Program-made: the position numbers and the translations under genes
Shown: positions 56,701 through 64,000 of the stretch, piece by piece
Layout of the letters: each line of letters begins with the position of its first letter
Position numbering within the stretch: position 1 is the first letter of the stretch
Virus record (IMG/VR): IMGVR_UViG_3300042402_005180
Location: 1-64,000 of that record
Source of the DNA: a virus
Length of the DNA stretch: 64,000 bases
Direction: 5' to 3' (one strand)
Notes under the pieces: model-generated
Databases searched by the model: none
What the model was told of the DNA's origin: nothing
Seen by the model: the letters and a program-made list of their open reading frames with translations, nothing else

Positions 56701-57952
56701 TCGTTACAGAGTTTACAGTTTGTGGAATTATGTAACTACTTAATGTAACAAATAAATAGTCTCCTGATGTTTCCCTATAAACAATATACCATTTATAGCC
56801 TTCGCTATCTTGCAAAGATTGAATTGTATTCGATGAAAATGGTAAATATGACCTAGTTAAATTTTCAGACCTTGCTAAATAATCACTTACAGATAAAAAT
56901 CCACCAAATTTATAAATATATTCTGTTGTATCAGAATTTAATATAACTATATTATCATTAAAAGAAGATGATTTTGTATAATTTATTTTTAAAAATACAT
57001 CACTATAATCAGGAAATTCCTGAGATAACCAGTATCCACCTAAAGGAGTATTTGACTCTAGTTCTTCTGTATTTAATGAATCATTATCATCAGCCTGATG
57101 ATTATTTAAAAATTCTGGCTTTTGAAAAATATCTACTAAATTTTTAATATTAAAATAAGTTATAGTTTGCTGTAATCCAACATCTAATGGAGAAAAGGTA
57201 TTATAATAGCACTGATCATTTTTTAAATAAGTTCCAGAGCCACAGCCAAGTCCTCCGGGATAATATACAGCCGTGCCACTAGATGGACCAGATACAGGAT
57301 CATTAAATTCATCATAATCTCCAGTCAAAGTATAAGTAGGTTGAGCTGTTGAATAAACAACTATTTGATTATTATAATAATTATGAGGAACATCAATAGT
57401 TAAAGCCTGTTGACCTAAATTATTCTGGTAATTTATTATTACTTGACCATTACCATAATTAGGATGATGAGAGTCAATTTCAAAAGTCCAGTCTGTTAAT
57501 GTATATGATGATTGAGAAGATTGACTTGCAGACAATATATCTACATTATATAAATTATCAGAAGTAATCAAAACTCCAGAAATATCATATTCAGTAGTAA
57601 ATTTTTCTGTACTGGTCCAATCTTTTACTCCTATAACTGCTATATCATCCTTCATATCAATCATATCAACATACCAATTTGATTGTAAATCATAATTAAT
57701 ATAATTTTTACCATTATTATTTCCGTAATGATAATCATATTTATTTACTGAAAAATCAGTAAGATTAATACTTAACTCGTTTAAAGTTGATGAATTTATT
57801 AAATCTGGTCCATATATACTAGTGTCCCATGCAGTTTCATGTGGTATGTAATTAGAATTGTCGGCCTGAACTCTAAGAGGAACATGCCCAAACTGACCAC
57901 TTCCATTAGACGAGAATATATTTAAATTTAGTCCTTGATTATTATTGTTCAT
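53708..57952 (-). CDS. Large tail protein with FCCH-like beta module, propeller-like repeats and C-terminal SG-x-x-L-F repeats
   Basis: ITSSGHNLSTGDRIKIS...INGFRYI; KFGSD/SFGKS/NYGLSL/GFGNY blades; N/S/T-rich. Confidence 0.6.
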   Translation of the reverse strand: MNNNNQGLNLNIFSSNGSGQFGHVPLRVQADNSNYIPHETAWDTSIYGPDLINSSTLNELSINLTDFSVNKYDYHYGNNNGKNYINYDLQSNWYVDMIDMKDDIAVIGVKDWTSTEKFTTEYDISGVLITSDNLYNVDILSASQSSQSSYTLTDWTFEIDSHHPNYGNGQVIINYQNNLGQQALTIDVPHNYYNNQIVVYSTAQPTYTLTGDYDEFNDPVSGPSSGTAVYYPGGLGCGSGTYLKNDQCYYNTFSPLDVGLQQTITYFNIKNLVDIFQKPEFLNNHQADDNDSLNTEELESNTPLGGYWLSQEFPDYSDVFLKINYTKSSSFNDNIVILNSDTTEYIYKFGGFLSVSDYLARSENLTRSYLPFSSNTIQSLQDSEGYKWYIVYRETSGDYLFVTLSSYIIPQTVNSVTTLNNTLSGQDLADPNSPDIVPRYKKIFNQPSDNGSLLDPLTYGIFLIKNNSIYFDTVEVIKVANYPSCGKVDIYTKKMGIVTEASGNTITSSGHNLSTGDRIKISCGLGFSDINGFRYISGINQNKFDIYFDSSFTSPMDTSGLLTTSGVQWTAIGGSAWKYNHTLYSPNGKNGYGFIPQLRTVVESGSGQTLLSRAVETNKYEPSSSLQTLQSRLNSWISWTNFYPYQRIASNPNALTTLDNGNKFGSDCRIKKLNNNEYILMVSEPGAEVSFKIFEDYIIQQQTNQNPQEIFPIPENQFAIPTFLPYGKVHFYKITKSPYNIEYLNSTGVSNNPWSSYELTNQTHKLEGNISNSPIDVITVKNIFNNPSDNYWLGARYYSWNKNYSYDPVYGIEMPEQNLYINEYGFVDSFGKSAVFNIIDSGIYCTASTNVKSAGFTNNSRMNYVDATSKVFKYDLQTNAFSNMSGIVNQTTYTSTKANDQIKELQNYGLSLDSTEDKVFIGWSATYRGQEQLYIYDVSGINYNLSQTITSVGNSGFGNYFAVENDFIVIDSLSKIDDSGNTTKTISYINVYEFDHRINKYYYSHRISPTIDIGNYNNINQNLYTPTSNLSYDGTTNSSVTYLIDLYGKYDIYNDALVLRDYYEYAFFTYDGISKKFKCRNHHKILNSNNTSNLGILRIQPSDSSFAGSSDGRFITSLDVLDGFDGVSNTRIISTSYQDRKFLPLSIKTLEGSPNNSGLYFRISAFSEYDPKPTGVDLFIKQIDLYNSGLNLFAKQIDTTTGNLSLFISDQKAEDSLTLVISPIFSGYFPLTVKTFSNFKMDEDGNIVETNDSFATITTQDNFTSLSLMIDNHHTGVPNSSGSFNLSLKTRPYDDYGQGMNMTINYPFPENSGVLDLFVNNPSGFSFSQISLSMLGSDILHGVENSGSMNLFIKRIIEAGMPLTVYNTYSSGGLDLFTKGAYLASSGINLYTSGEVYPTENNSSIPIYVRGTRL
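53851..53861 (-). promoter_or_regulatory. Phage-specific promoter motif
   Basis: TGTGTATAATA on the - strand 140 nt upstream of ATG 53711. Confidence 0.5.
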
Positions 57953-60900
57953 CTCTTCTCTTGCCTATTATTTAATTGAATTTGATTTAATACTTCTGTC
58001 CTAATTTGACCAATAATAGCATCAGATAATTGTTTAGCAATTTCTGGGCCATTAACTCCAGTTACAGCTATACTTCCATCAACCGTCATGGTATGCTGAA
58101 CAGTGATTCCTGCAAATTGATTAGCTAAATTAGCAAGCGTTTCTGTAAAAGACGAAAAAGTAGCAGCAATTGAATTAAGTGATTCAACACTCTGGGCGAA
58201 TCCTGTCATATCAGGAGGCATTGCTCCAGCTCCAGCCGCACCCGGATTGACTGCTGCGTTGGCTTGCTGTGCCGGAGTCGTAGCCATTGACTGACGCTGC
58301 TGCTGTGCCATAGACTGAGAAATCATAGTTTTTTGCTGAACAATCGGACCGCTTACTTTACTACTTCCAGAAGATTGAACTTTTTTAGGATTCAAAAATC
58401 CTTCCATTTTTCTAGTATTTATTGATCTTTGCTTTAACCACTCTTCTGCTTTTTGCATATAAGCTATTTTAGGATCTCGTCCTCTTTTTGCAATTTCATC
58501 AGCTTGTTTTTGATCTTCTGCTTTTGCTTCCTTAATCGCTTGTTCTTTTGCTTTTCTATATTCCCTCATATCCATAATATCATTAATATTTTTTCCTTCT
58601 TTATTTTTATATACTCCTTGTTCAATTTGCTTTCTTACCTCATCAAGACGAGAACGTATATTTCCACTTCTTCTAGATGGTAAACCAAGCTGGTCAATGT
58701 TACCACCATTTGCATAATATCCAGCATTTATTTTTTGTAAATTTCCAGCTCCAAACTTATCAACTGCTCTTTTATTTACAACAAATTCGCCGGGAGTAAG
58801 CATGGCTGGAACAGTGTCTGTGCCACGAGGAGTAAAACCGCCGCCAGCACGATAGATTAAACCACCTGTAGATTTTTTTTCTGTTCCGTCAAATTTATCT
58901 TTAACTTGTTGAAACATATTATCAATTCTTTGAAGAAACTTCTCAATGCTCTGATCTATCGTTGCAATATCGCTATCTATTTTTGTTAATCTTGCTTCTG
59001 CCGCTTTCTTTTGAGCTTGTAAGGCTTCTGGAGTTTCAAGATTTTGTGGACCACCAGCCGGTCTAAGTTCTGCTGCTTTTTCTTGAGTTTCTTTAACTAA
59101 ATTATTTAACGATTGAGTATTCATTTGAATAGATTGATTCAACATATCCTGATGTAACATTTCTTCTAGAAGCATAGCTCTTCTAGCTTTTTCTTCTTGG
59201 GCATAGATATTTCCTAGCTCTTGAATCATTTGCTGCTCAGGACCGGAAGTATCATTAGCAATTGCCATTGCTCCTTCAACATTCCCCATTTGCATCATCT
59301 TGTTTGCCATAAGTTGATTTTGAACTTCTTTTCCTGTCATTCCACCAAATGCTTTAACATCTTTAAATTGATCAAGCAAGCCACTTACACCAGATTTTAA
59401 TTCATCCGGAATAGATTCAATATCACCACTCTGCATGGCATCTCTAAGAGCAACCATAATATCTTCTTGTTTATCTTTTTCTTCTCTTGTTCCAAATAAA
59501 TAACTTTTCGTAGCATCTCTTGCAGTTTCTCTTTGAGCTTTTAATTTTTCAAGTTCAAATAGAGTATCAGCAGTTCTAGAACTTTGATTTGATAACTCTT
59601 TTAACGACTGTTTTAATTTTGTAGATTCTTCTAGTAATCCAGCCTTTTTACCTATATCTGTTTCTTTAGCTAGACTAGTTCTAATATCTCTTAATCTTTT
59701 TCCAATTGCTTCTGGGTTTCCAGCATATTTTCCAGCTAACATATTTTGACGATTAGTTCTTAATGCATTTTTTTCTGTTAATGTTAGAATTTTACCCTGA
59801 GCATTTGCAACATTCTTTACTAATTCTTGAAAACTGTCAGCACCTTCTAGTTCAATATCAAGCTGTCTTTTTCTTGATTGTGCAATTTCATCATACGCCT
59901 TGGTAATAGATGCCTCATGATCCTGCATTGCCTTTAAAATTCTTCCGCCACCTTCTTGAAGAATCTTTGCATAGTTTTCTATATTATCTTGAATTCTTTT
60001 TGCTATTTCAGCGCCACTAGAAACGCCTTCTCTTGGAGTAATTTCAGAAGATTTTGTTTCTTTTTCGATTGATTCTCTAATTGCTTTTCCAACATCTGTT
60101 CCGCCATCTATTCCAATAGATTGAATAAAACTATCAATTTCTTTAGAGCTTGCTCCAACTCTTAATGTATTTTTTTCTAAACCAACTTTTAATTTTGGCA
60201 TAACTCCATTTAGTTGATTAAATTTATCTGCTAATTCTTTGCCAATAGGACCAACACTGGAAATTGTATCCATAGCTTTTTTGAAATCAGGAGAATTGGC
60301 AGCATTAGGAGCTGATAAACTTAACACATCAGCATTCGGCACGCTCGAAGAAAATGCACTTAATGAGTCACCAAACATTGCTCCCGCATTGACAATTGAA
60401 TCATTTGCCTTTTTAATACTATATTCAAAATTTTCCAATCCAATAGATAAAGCTAATTGATCAGCTAAAGTTCCAATTAATTTTTTTCTAATTGCTTCTT
60501 CTTCGGCAAGAGCTTGTTTTTGTTTAATAATTTGAATAGCAGCTTCTGTTGCAGACTTTTCTAACTCTAGTTCGCCTTTCTCTGCTCTTTTTTCATTAAG
60601 TCCGCCTTTGCCAAAAGTTAAGGATTGAATCTGCTTACCCATAAATTGAGCAAAATCACCCTTTGGGGTTCCAGCTTTACCAGCGCCTCTTAATAGATCT
60701 TCTATTTTTGCTCCATACTGACTTTTTGTTTCCGCTGTTGTTCTTTTGCTTATATTTTCTTTTTGACTTTCAACAATTTTACTAATTTCTCCACCAACAT
60801 CAACACCCTTTGTTCCAATTTTATTACCTAACTGAGTTATTTGCCTTGCATATTCAGCGCCAATAATTTGATCAAGAGCTTTGCCAAATTCATCTGCTTT

Positions 60901-63900
60901 TTCTTTTGCTTGTTTTATTTGATCACCAAATAATTTCTGTGCTTCTACTAAAGAGCCAGCAGCATTCATATACTTTAATTCAGCATTAGTAGCTGCATCT
61001 AAAGATTGAACAAACTTAGTTGTACTAGCTGCCGCCTGATCTGAAACTTGTTTATCGGTTTTTTTATCAATAGAACCCATGAACTTTTGAAGTTTTTGAG
61101 TTTCTTCAGCAGAAGTTTTAAAACTAACTGCTAGACTAGCACTTGCTGCATTTAAATCATCAAGCATTTGTTTTTGTTTAGCTTCAGCTCTAGCAACTTG
61201 ATCTTGATATTGTAAATACGCGCCTCCAAAAGCGCCAGCAGTAGCCCCTATACCAGCTCCGACTAAAGTTCCTCCGGGAACTCCTGTAGCAGTTCCAGCT
61301 ACACCACCTACTTTTCCGCCTATTATTCCTCCTCCTATAGCAGCTCCAAGAATTTTCATAATAGATTTTGAATCTGATCCAATTTTACCCATCAAAGATG
61401 CTTTGGCTTTATCTGAAGACGCTTGAGATATATCTGATGTTAGTTTTCCTGTAGAAACTTTGCTAGCATCTTTAAACAATGCATCAATCGTTTCATTCAT
61501 TTTCTTAGCTGATTTTTCAGAAACTTCAGCGTAATAAGCAGCATTAGCTGCCGCAATTGCCATTACAGCAGAGAATCCAGTTATAATACCGTCAAAAATA
61601 ACCATGCCCTTATCTAGTTTGCTTATTGTTCCACCAATTCCAGAACCTCCTGCTGTAGATCCAGCCTTACTGCCTACTGATCCAGATTTTATCTGTGTAG
61701 CAGCTTGATTTGCTGCATTAGCATGATTCTTCATTGCAGCGGCACTTTGAGCTAATGCTAATTTTTCCTGTTTACGTTGTTGCATTGTTTCAATAATACC
61801 TAATCCAAAATTCTTTAAATTTTGTCCAATGCCTTGGTAAACAGTAAATGTAGCAGTTAAAGCACCATAATAAGCCTTTTGTTCATCTGAAAGAGTAGTA
61901 AATTGAGTGACAACACTTCCAATTGCACTACCTAACAAGAGAAGATTTTGAATATTTGTTTGCGAAGCCTTTTGTAATTGTTGTTCCTGATTATTTGAAG
62001 TATTAGAAGCTGCTTCTTTATAAGTAGCTTTGAGTTCTTTACTAATTTTAAAATTAGCTGCATCTTTTTTAATTTCGGCAAAACCTTCTTTAATTAATTT
62101 AGAACTATCTAGACCAGCTTTATTTAAAGCCTCAACCATCTTTATAAATGTTTGAATTTGCTTATTACCACTGCCTAATGCTGCTCCAGATGCTGTTGGT
62201 CCTTGGGTAAGAGCTTGTCTGCTCATTTTTCTAATTTCAACAAGCATTTTTAAGGTAGCTGGATCAACTGTTCCTCCAGTTGCAAAATATTGAACTCCAA
62301 CGGGTCCACCATTAGCAAACTTTCCAACCTTATTCATTCTATTTAAAGATGAATATCCAATTGCTTGAGCAGATTGTTTATTAATTACAAATTCGCCCGG
62401 AGTTAGCATAGCGGGAACGGTGTCGGTTCCACTAGTCTTTCCTCCAGTTGCAAAATTTTTAATTGAAGCGAGAACGGCTTCTCTTCCTTCATAAGAAGGT
62501 CCAAATTTCTTTTTTGCTCTAATAATATTTTTATTATCTGATGATGGTTTTTGGTAGGCGTATTGTAATGCCCAATCTGGATCTTCTTTTTTAGGCCAAG
62601 TTAATTTAAGTTTTTCTATATCCTTTTCTGGTTTAGTTTGAAATTTACCTGATGCATTATTCCAATTATTATAGTCCATTAATTTTTTATTAACGTCCTG
62701 CCTATTCAAATAATAATTTTTCCAGACTCCAGCGGCATTTTTTGAGATATTTGTGTCGGGAGCAACCCAAGAACCAATTTTTGCTGCCTCTTCTAATAAC
62801 GCATCGTATAGTTTAGGTCCATATCCTGAAGTTGCATAAGAAAACTTCACTCGATAAAAATTATCTTTATTTTTTTTAGCTTCTACAAAACCAGTTCTAT
62901 CATTTTCTCCATCGACATATCTAGCTAATATATCATTTTTACCTGAAAATATTTCTATATTACCATAATTTTTGTTTTTACTAAAGTCATGTCCTGTAAT
63001 TTGGCTAAGTTTAATTTTATCTTGTTTTCCAAGATAAGAAACTAAATCCGATATTCCTGAATCGTAATATTTAAAAATATTTTTTATTTCATCGTTAATT
63101 TCAAATTTATCTTTAAATTTATTTTTTAAATCTTCATCTTTCAGCTTAGATAATCCATAAGCAGCTATAAATGATTTTGTAGAACTATTTCTATCCTTAC
63201 TATTACTTTTTTGTATTAATCCCAATTCTCTATATTTAGATAAACTCTCTGCAAAATTAGGAGATAGATTAGCAGTCTTAATAAAATTACTTTGTAATTC
63301 ATCATCTCTGTGTTTTGATAACACACTATCAAGAGATTCTTTATTATTAGGTTTATAGTGGCTCTGCTGATCAACTTCTCCGCCAATCGCTAAATGTTGA
63401 ACTCCTACTGCGCCACCATTAGCAAATTTAGCAACTTTATTCATACGATGCAAATTGCTATAACCAATCTTTTGAGCTGATTGTTTATTAATAACGAATT
63501 CGCCCGGAGTAAGCATGGCTGGAACAGTATCAGTACCACTAGCAAATCCTCCGCTAGCAAATCTAGAAACTCTATCTGCACGTGGCCCTTTTTGTCTTAA
63601 TGCATCAAGTGCTGGCTGTTTTGTTTTTCCTTCTGTAAAAACCATATTTGAAACTGGAATACCAAATACACTAGATAAGTATTCGGCAAGACCGGGAGTT
63701 CTGCCAGACTTACTAATAATCTGCATTTTACGAGGATTAATTTGACCACTTTCAACAGCGTCTTTTAATGCTTTTCCAAACTGTGTCAAGGGCGCTGATT
63801 TTACATCTGCTAATCTTGCAGCATCATCTCTAAAATATCTTTTAAGAACTTCTGCCTGAGCTTTTTTTGTAGGGGCTTTTGCGTATGCCTGATCACCAAT

Positions 63901-63999
63901 TGTTCTTTTTAGCGTGCGATCCATATCAACTGCGCCGCCACCAGCATCAATGATTGCCTGAATAGCCTTTACTGGATGGGGCAAAATGGCTCCTGTAGC
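57949..63999 (-). CDS. Tape-measure-like protein, over 2000 aa, 5' end outside the window
   Basis: Long Ala/Lys/Gln helical regions; Gly-zipper TM segment (GAAIGGGIIGG...GAGIGATAGAFGG); three GTDTVPAMLTPGEFV modules; frame stays open to the window edge. Confidence 0.85.
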   Translation of the reverse strand, partial: ATGAILPHPVKAIQAIIDAGGGAVDMDRTLKRTIGDQAYAKAPTKKAQAEVLKRYFRDDAARLADVKSAPLTQFGKALKDAVESGQINPRKMQIISKSGRTPGLAEYLSSVFGIPVSNMVFTEGKTKQPALDALRQKGPRADRVSRFASGGFASGTDTVPAMLTPGEFVINKQSAQKIGYSNLHRMNKVAKFANGGAVGVQHLAIGGEVDQQSHYKPNNKESLDSVLSKHRDDELQSNFIKTANLSPNFAESLSKYRELGLIQKSNSKDRNSSTKSFIAAYGLSKLKDEDLKNKFKDKFEINDEIKNIFKYYDSGISDLVSYLGKQDKIKLSQITGHDFSKNKNYGNIEIFSGKNDILARYVDGENDRTGFVEAKKNKDNFYRVKFSYATSGYGPKLYDALLEEAAKIGSWVAPDTNISKNAAGVWKNYYLNRQDVNKKLMDYNNWNNASGKFQTKPEKDIEKLKLTWPKKEDPDWALQYAYQKPSSDNKNIIRAKKKFGPSYEGREAVLASIKNFATGGKTSGTDTVPAMLTPGEFVINKQSAQAIGYSSLNRMNKVGKFANGGPVGVQYFATGGTVDPATLKMLVEIRKMSRQALTQGPTASGAALGSGNKQIQTFIKMVEALNKAGLDSSKLIKEGFAEIKKDAANFKISKELKATYKEAASNTSNNQEQQLQKASQTNIQNLLLLGSAIGSVVTQFTTLSDEQKAYYGALTATFTVYQGIGQNLKNFGLGIIETMQQRKQEKLALAQSAAAMKNHANAANQAATQIKSGSVGSKAGSTAGGSGIGGTISKLDKGMVIFDGIITGFSAVMAIAAANAAYYAEVSEKSAKKMNETIDALFKDASKVSTGKLTSDISQASSDKAKASLMGKIGSDSKSIMKILGAAIGGGIIGGKVGGVAGTATGVPGGTLVGAGIGATAGAFGGAYLQYQDQVARAEAKQKQMLDDLNAASASLAVSFKTSAEETQKLQKFMGSIDKKTDKQVSDQAAASTTKFVQSLDAATNAELKYMNAAGSLVEAQKLFGDQIKQAKEKADEFGKALDQIIGAEYARQITQLGNKIGTKGVDVGGEISKIVESQKENISKRTTAETKSQYGAKIEDLLRGAGKAGTPKGDFAQFMGKQIQSLTFGKGGLNEKRAEKGELELEKSATEAAIQIIKQKQALAEEEAIRKKLIGTLADQLALSIGLENFEYSIKKANDSIVNAGAMFGDSLSAFSSSVPNADVLSLSAPNAANSPDFKKAMDTISSVGPIGKELADKFNQLNGVMPKLKVGLEKNTLRVGASSKEIDSFIQSIGIDGGTDVGKAIRESIEKETKSSEITPREGVSSGAEIAKRIQDNIENYAKILQEGGGRILKAMQDHEASITKAYDEIAQSRKRQLDIELEGADSFQELVKNVANAQGKILTLTEKNALRTNRQNMLAGKYAGNPEAIGKRLRDIRTSLAKETDIGKKAGLLEESTKLKQSLKELSNQSSRTADTLFELEKLKAQRETARDATKSYLFGTREEKDKQEDIMVALRDAMQSGDIESIPDELKSGVSGLLDQFKDVKAFGGMTGKEVQNQLMANKMMQMGNVEGAMAIANDTSGPEQQMIQELGNIYAQEEKARRAMLLEEMLHQDMLNQSIQMNTQSLNNLVKETQEKAAELRPAGGPQNLETPEALQAQKKAAEARLTKIDSDIATIDQSIEKFLQRIDNMFQQVKDKFDGTEKKSTGGLIYRAGGGFTPRGTDTVPAMLTPGEFVVNKRAVDKFGAGNLQKINAGYYANGGNIDQLGLPSRRSGNIRSRLDEVRKQIEQGVYKNKEGKNINDIMDMREYRKAKEQAIKEAKAEDQKQADEIAKRGRDPKIAYMQKAEEWLKQRSINTRKMEGFLNPKKVQSSGSSKVSGPIVQQKTMISQSMAQQQRQSMATTPAQQANAAVNPGAAGAGAMPPDMTGFAQSVESLNSIAATFSSFTETLANLANQFAGITVQHTMTVDGSIAVTGVNGPEIAKQLSDAIIGQIRTEVLNQIQLNNRQEKR
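58702..58875 (-). repeat. xxGG...GTDTVPAMLTPGEFV...ANGG module, copy 3
   Basis: KSTGG.IYRAGGG...GTDTVPAMLTPGEFVVNK...YYANGG. Confidence 0.85.
62272..62457 (-). repeat. FAxGG...GTDTVPAMLTPGEFV module, copy 2
   Basis: NFATGG...GTDTVPAMLTPGEFVINKQSAQAIGYSSLNRMNKVGKFANGGPVGVQYFATGG. Confidence 0.9.
63379..63564 (-). repeat. FAxGG...GTDTVPAMLTPGEFV module, copy 1
   Basis: RFASGG...GTDTVPAMLTPGEFVINKQSAQKIGYSNLHRMNKVAKFANGGAVGVQHLAIGG. Confidence 0.9.
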
Positions 64000-64000
64000 C

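Noticed and set aside
266-63745. Numerous short antisense or out-of-frame ORFs in the track (e.g. 266-499, 11639-12136, 18312-18647, 58453-58683)
   Set aside because: Shadows of well-supported genes, with no RBS or motifs
1-64000. tRNA/rRNA genes, integrase, transposase, reverse transcriptase/DGR, stop-codon reassignment
   Set aside because: None recognised; coding density is near complete under the standard code and all three stops end genes

Overview
AT-rich (roughly 30% GC by eye), gene-dense fragment of a large tailed dsDNA phage genome read with the standard code. The host is probably a planctomycete or other PVC bacterium, inferred from a phage-borne DUF1559 prepilin-like gene. The + strand (1-45.1 kb) carries small Lys-rich modular proteins, two glycan-modification clusters (GT17 x2, GT9-like, GT-A, GT4 x3, FkbM x2, NTP-transferase), three free-standing endonucleases, a macro-like plus HD-hydrolase pair, a papain-like protease/holin-like membrane cassette and a phage sigma factor. 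It also carries nucleotide metabolism genes (dCMP deaminase, class II RNR, dUTPase, dNMP kinase, PhoH) and a bacterial-type replisome (RecA, DnaB, DnaG, DnaE split in two without inteins, DnaQ, SSB, Rad52-like SSAP). The - strand (45.2-64 kb) is a tail operon ending in a tape-measure-like protein truncated by the window edge; the two arms converge on a bidirectional terminator. Main findings: (1) the tape measure has repeated FAxGG...GTDTVPAMLTPGEFV modules bracketing enzyme-like cargo (GNAT-like, HAD-like); (2) virion proteins are Ser-Gly enriched in a genome with many glycosyltransferases; (3) the phage encodes a pilin-like protein; (4) there is a candidate protease-based lysis cassette; (5) a 97-nt multi-pseudoknot RNA candidate lies at 45146-45242; (6) a phage-specific TGTGTATARTA promoter motif recurs; (7) CCWGG sites appear to be strictly avoided. 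All family calls come from motif recognition by eye, not database searches.
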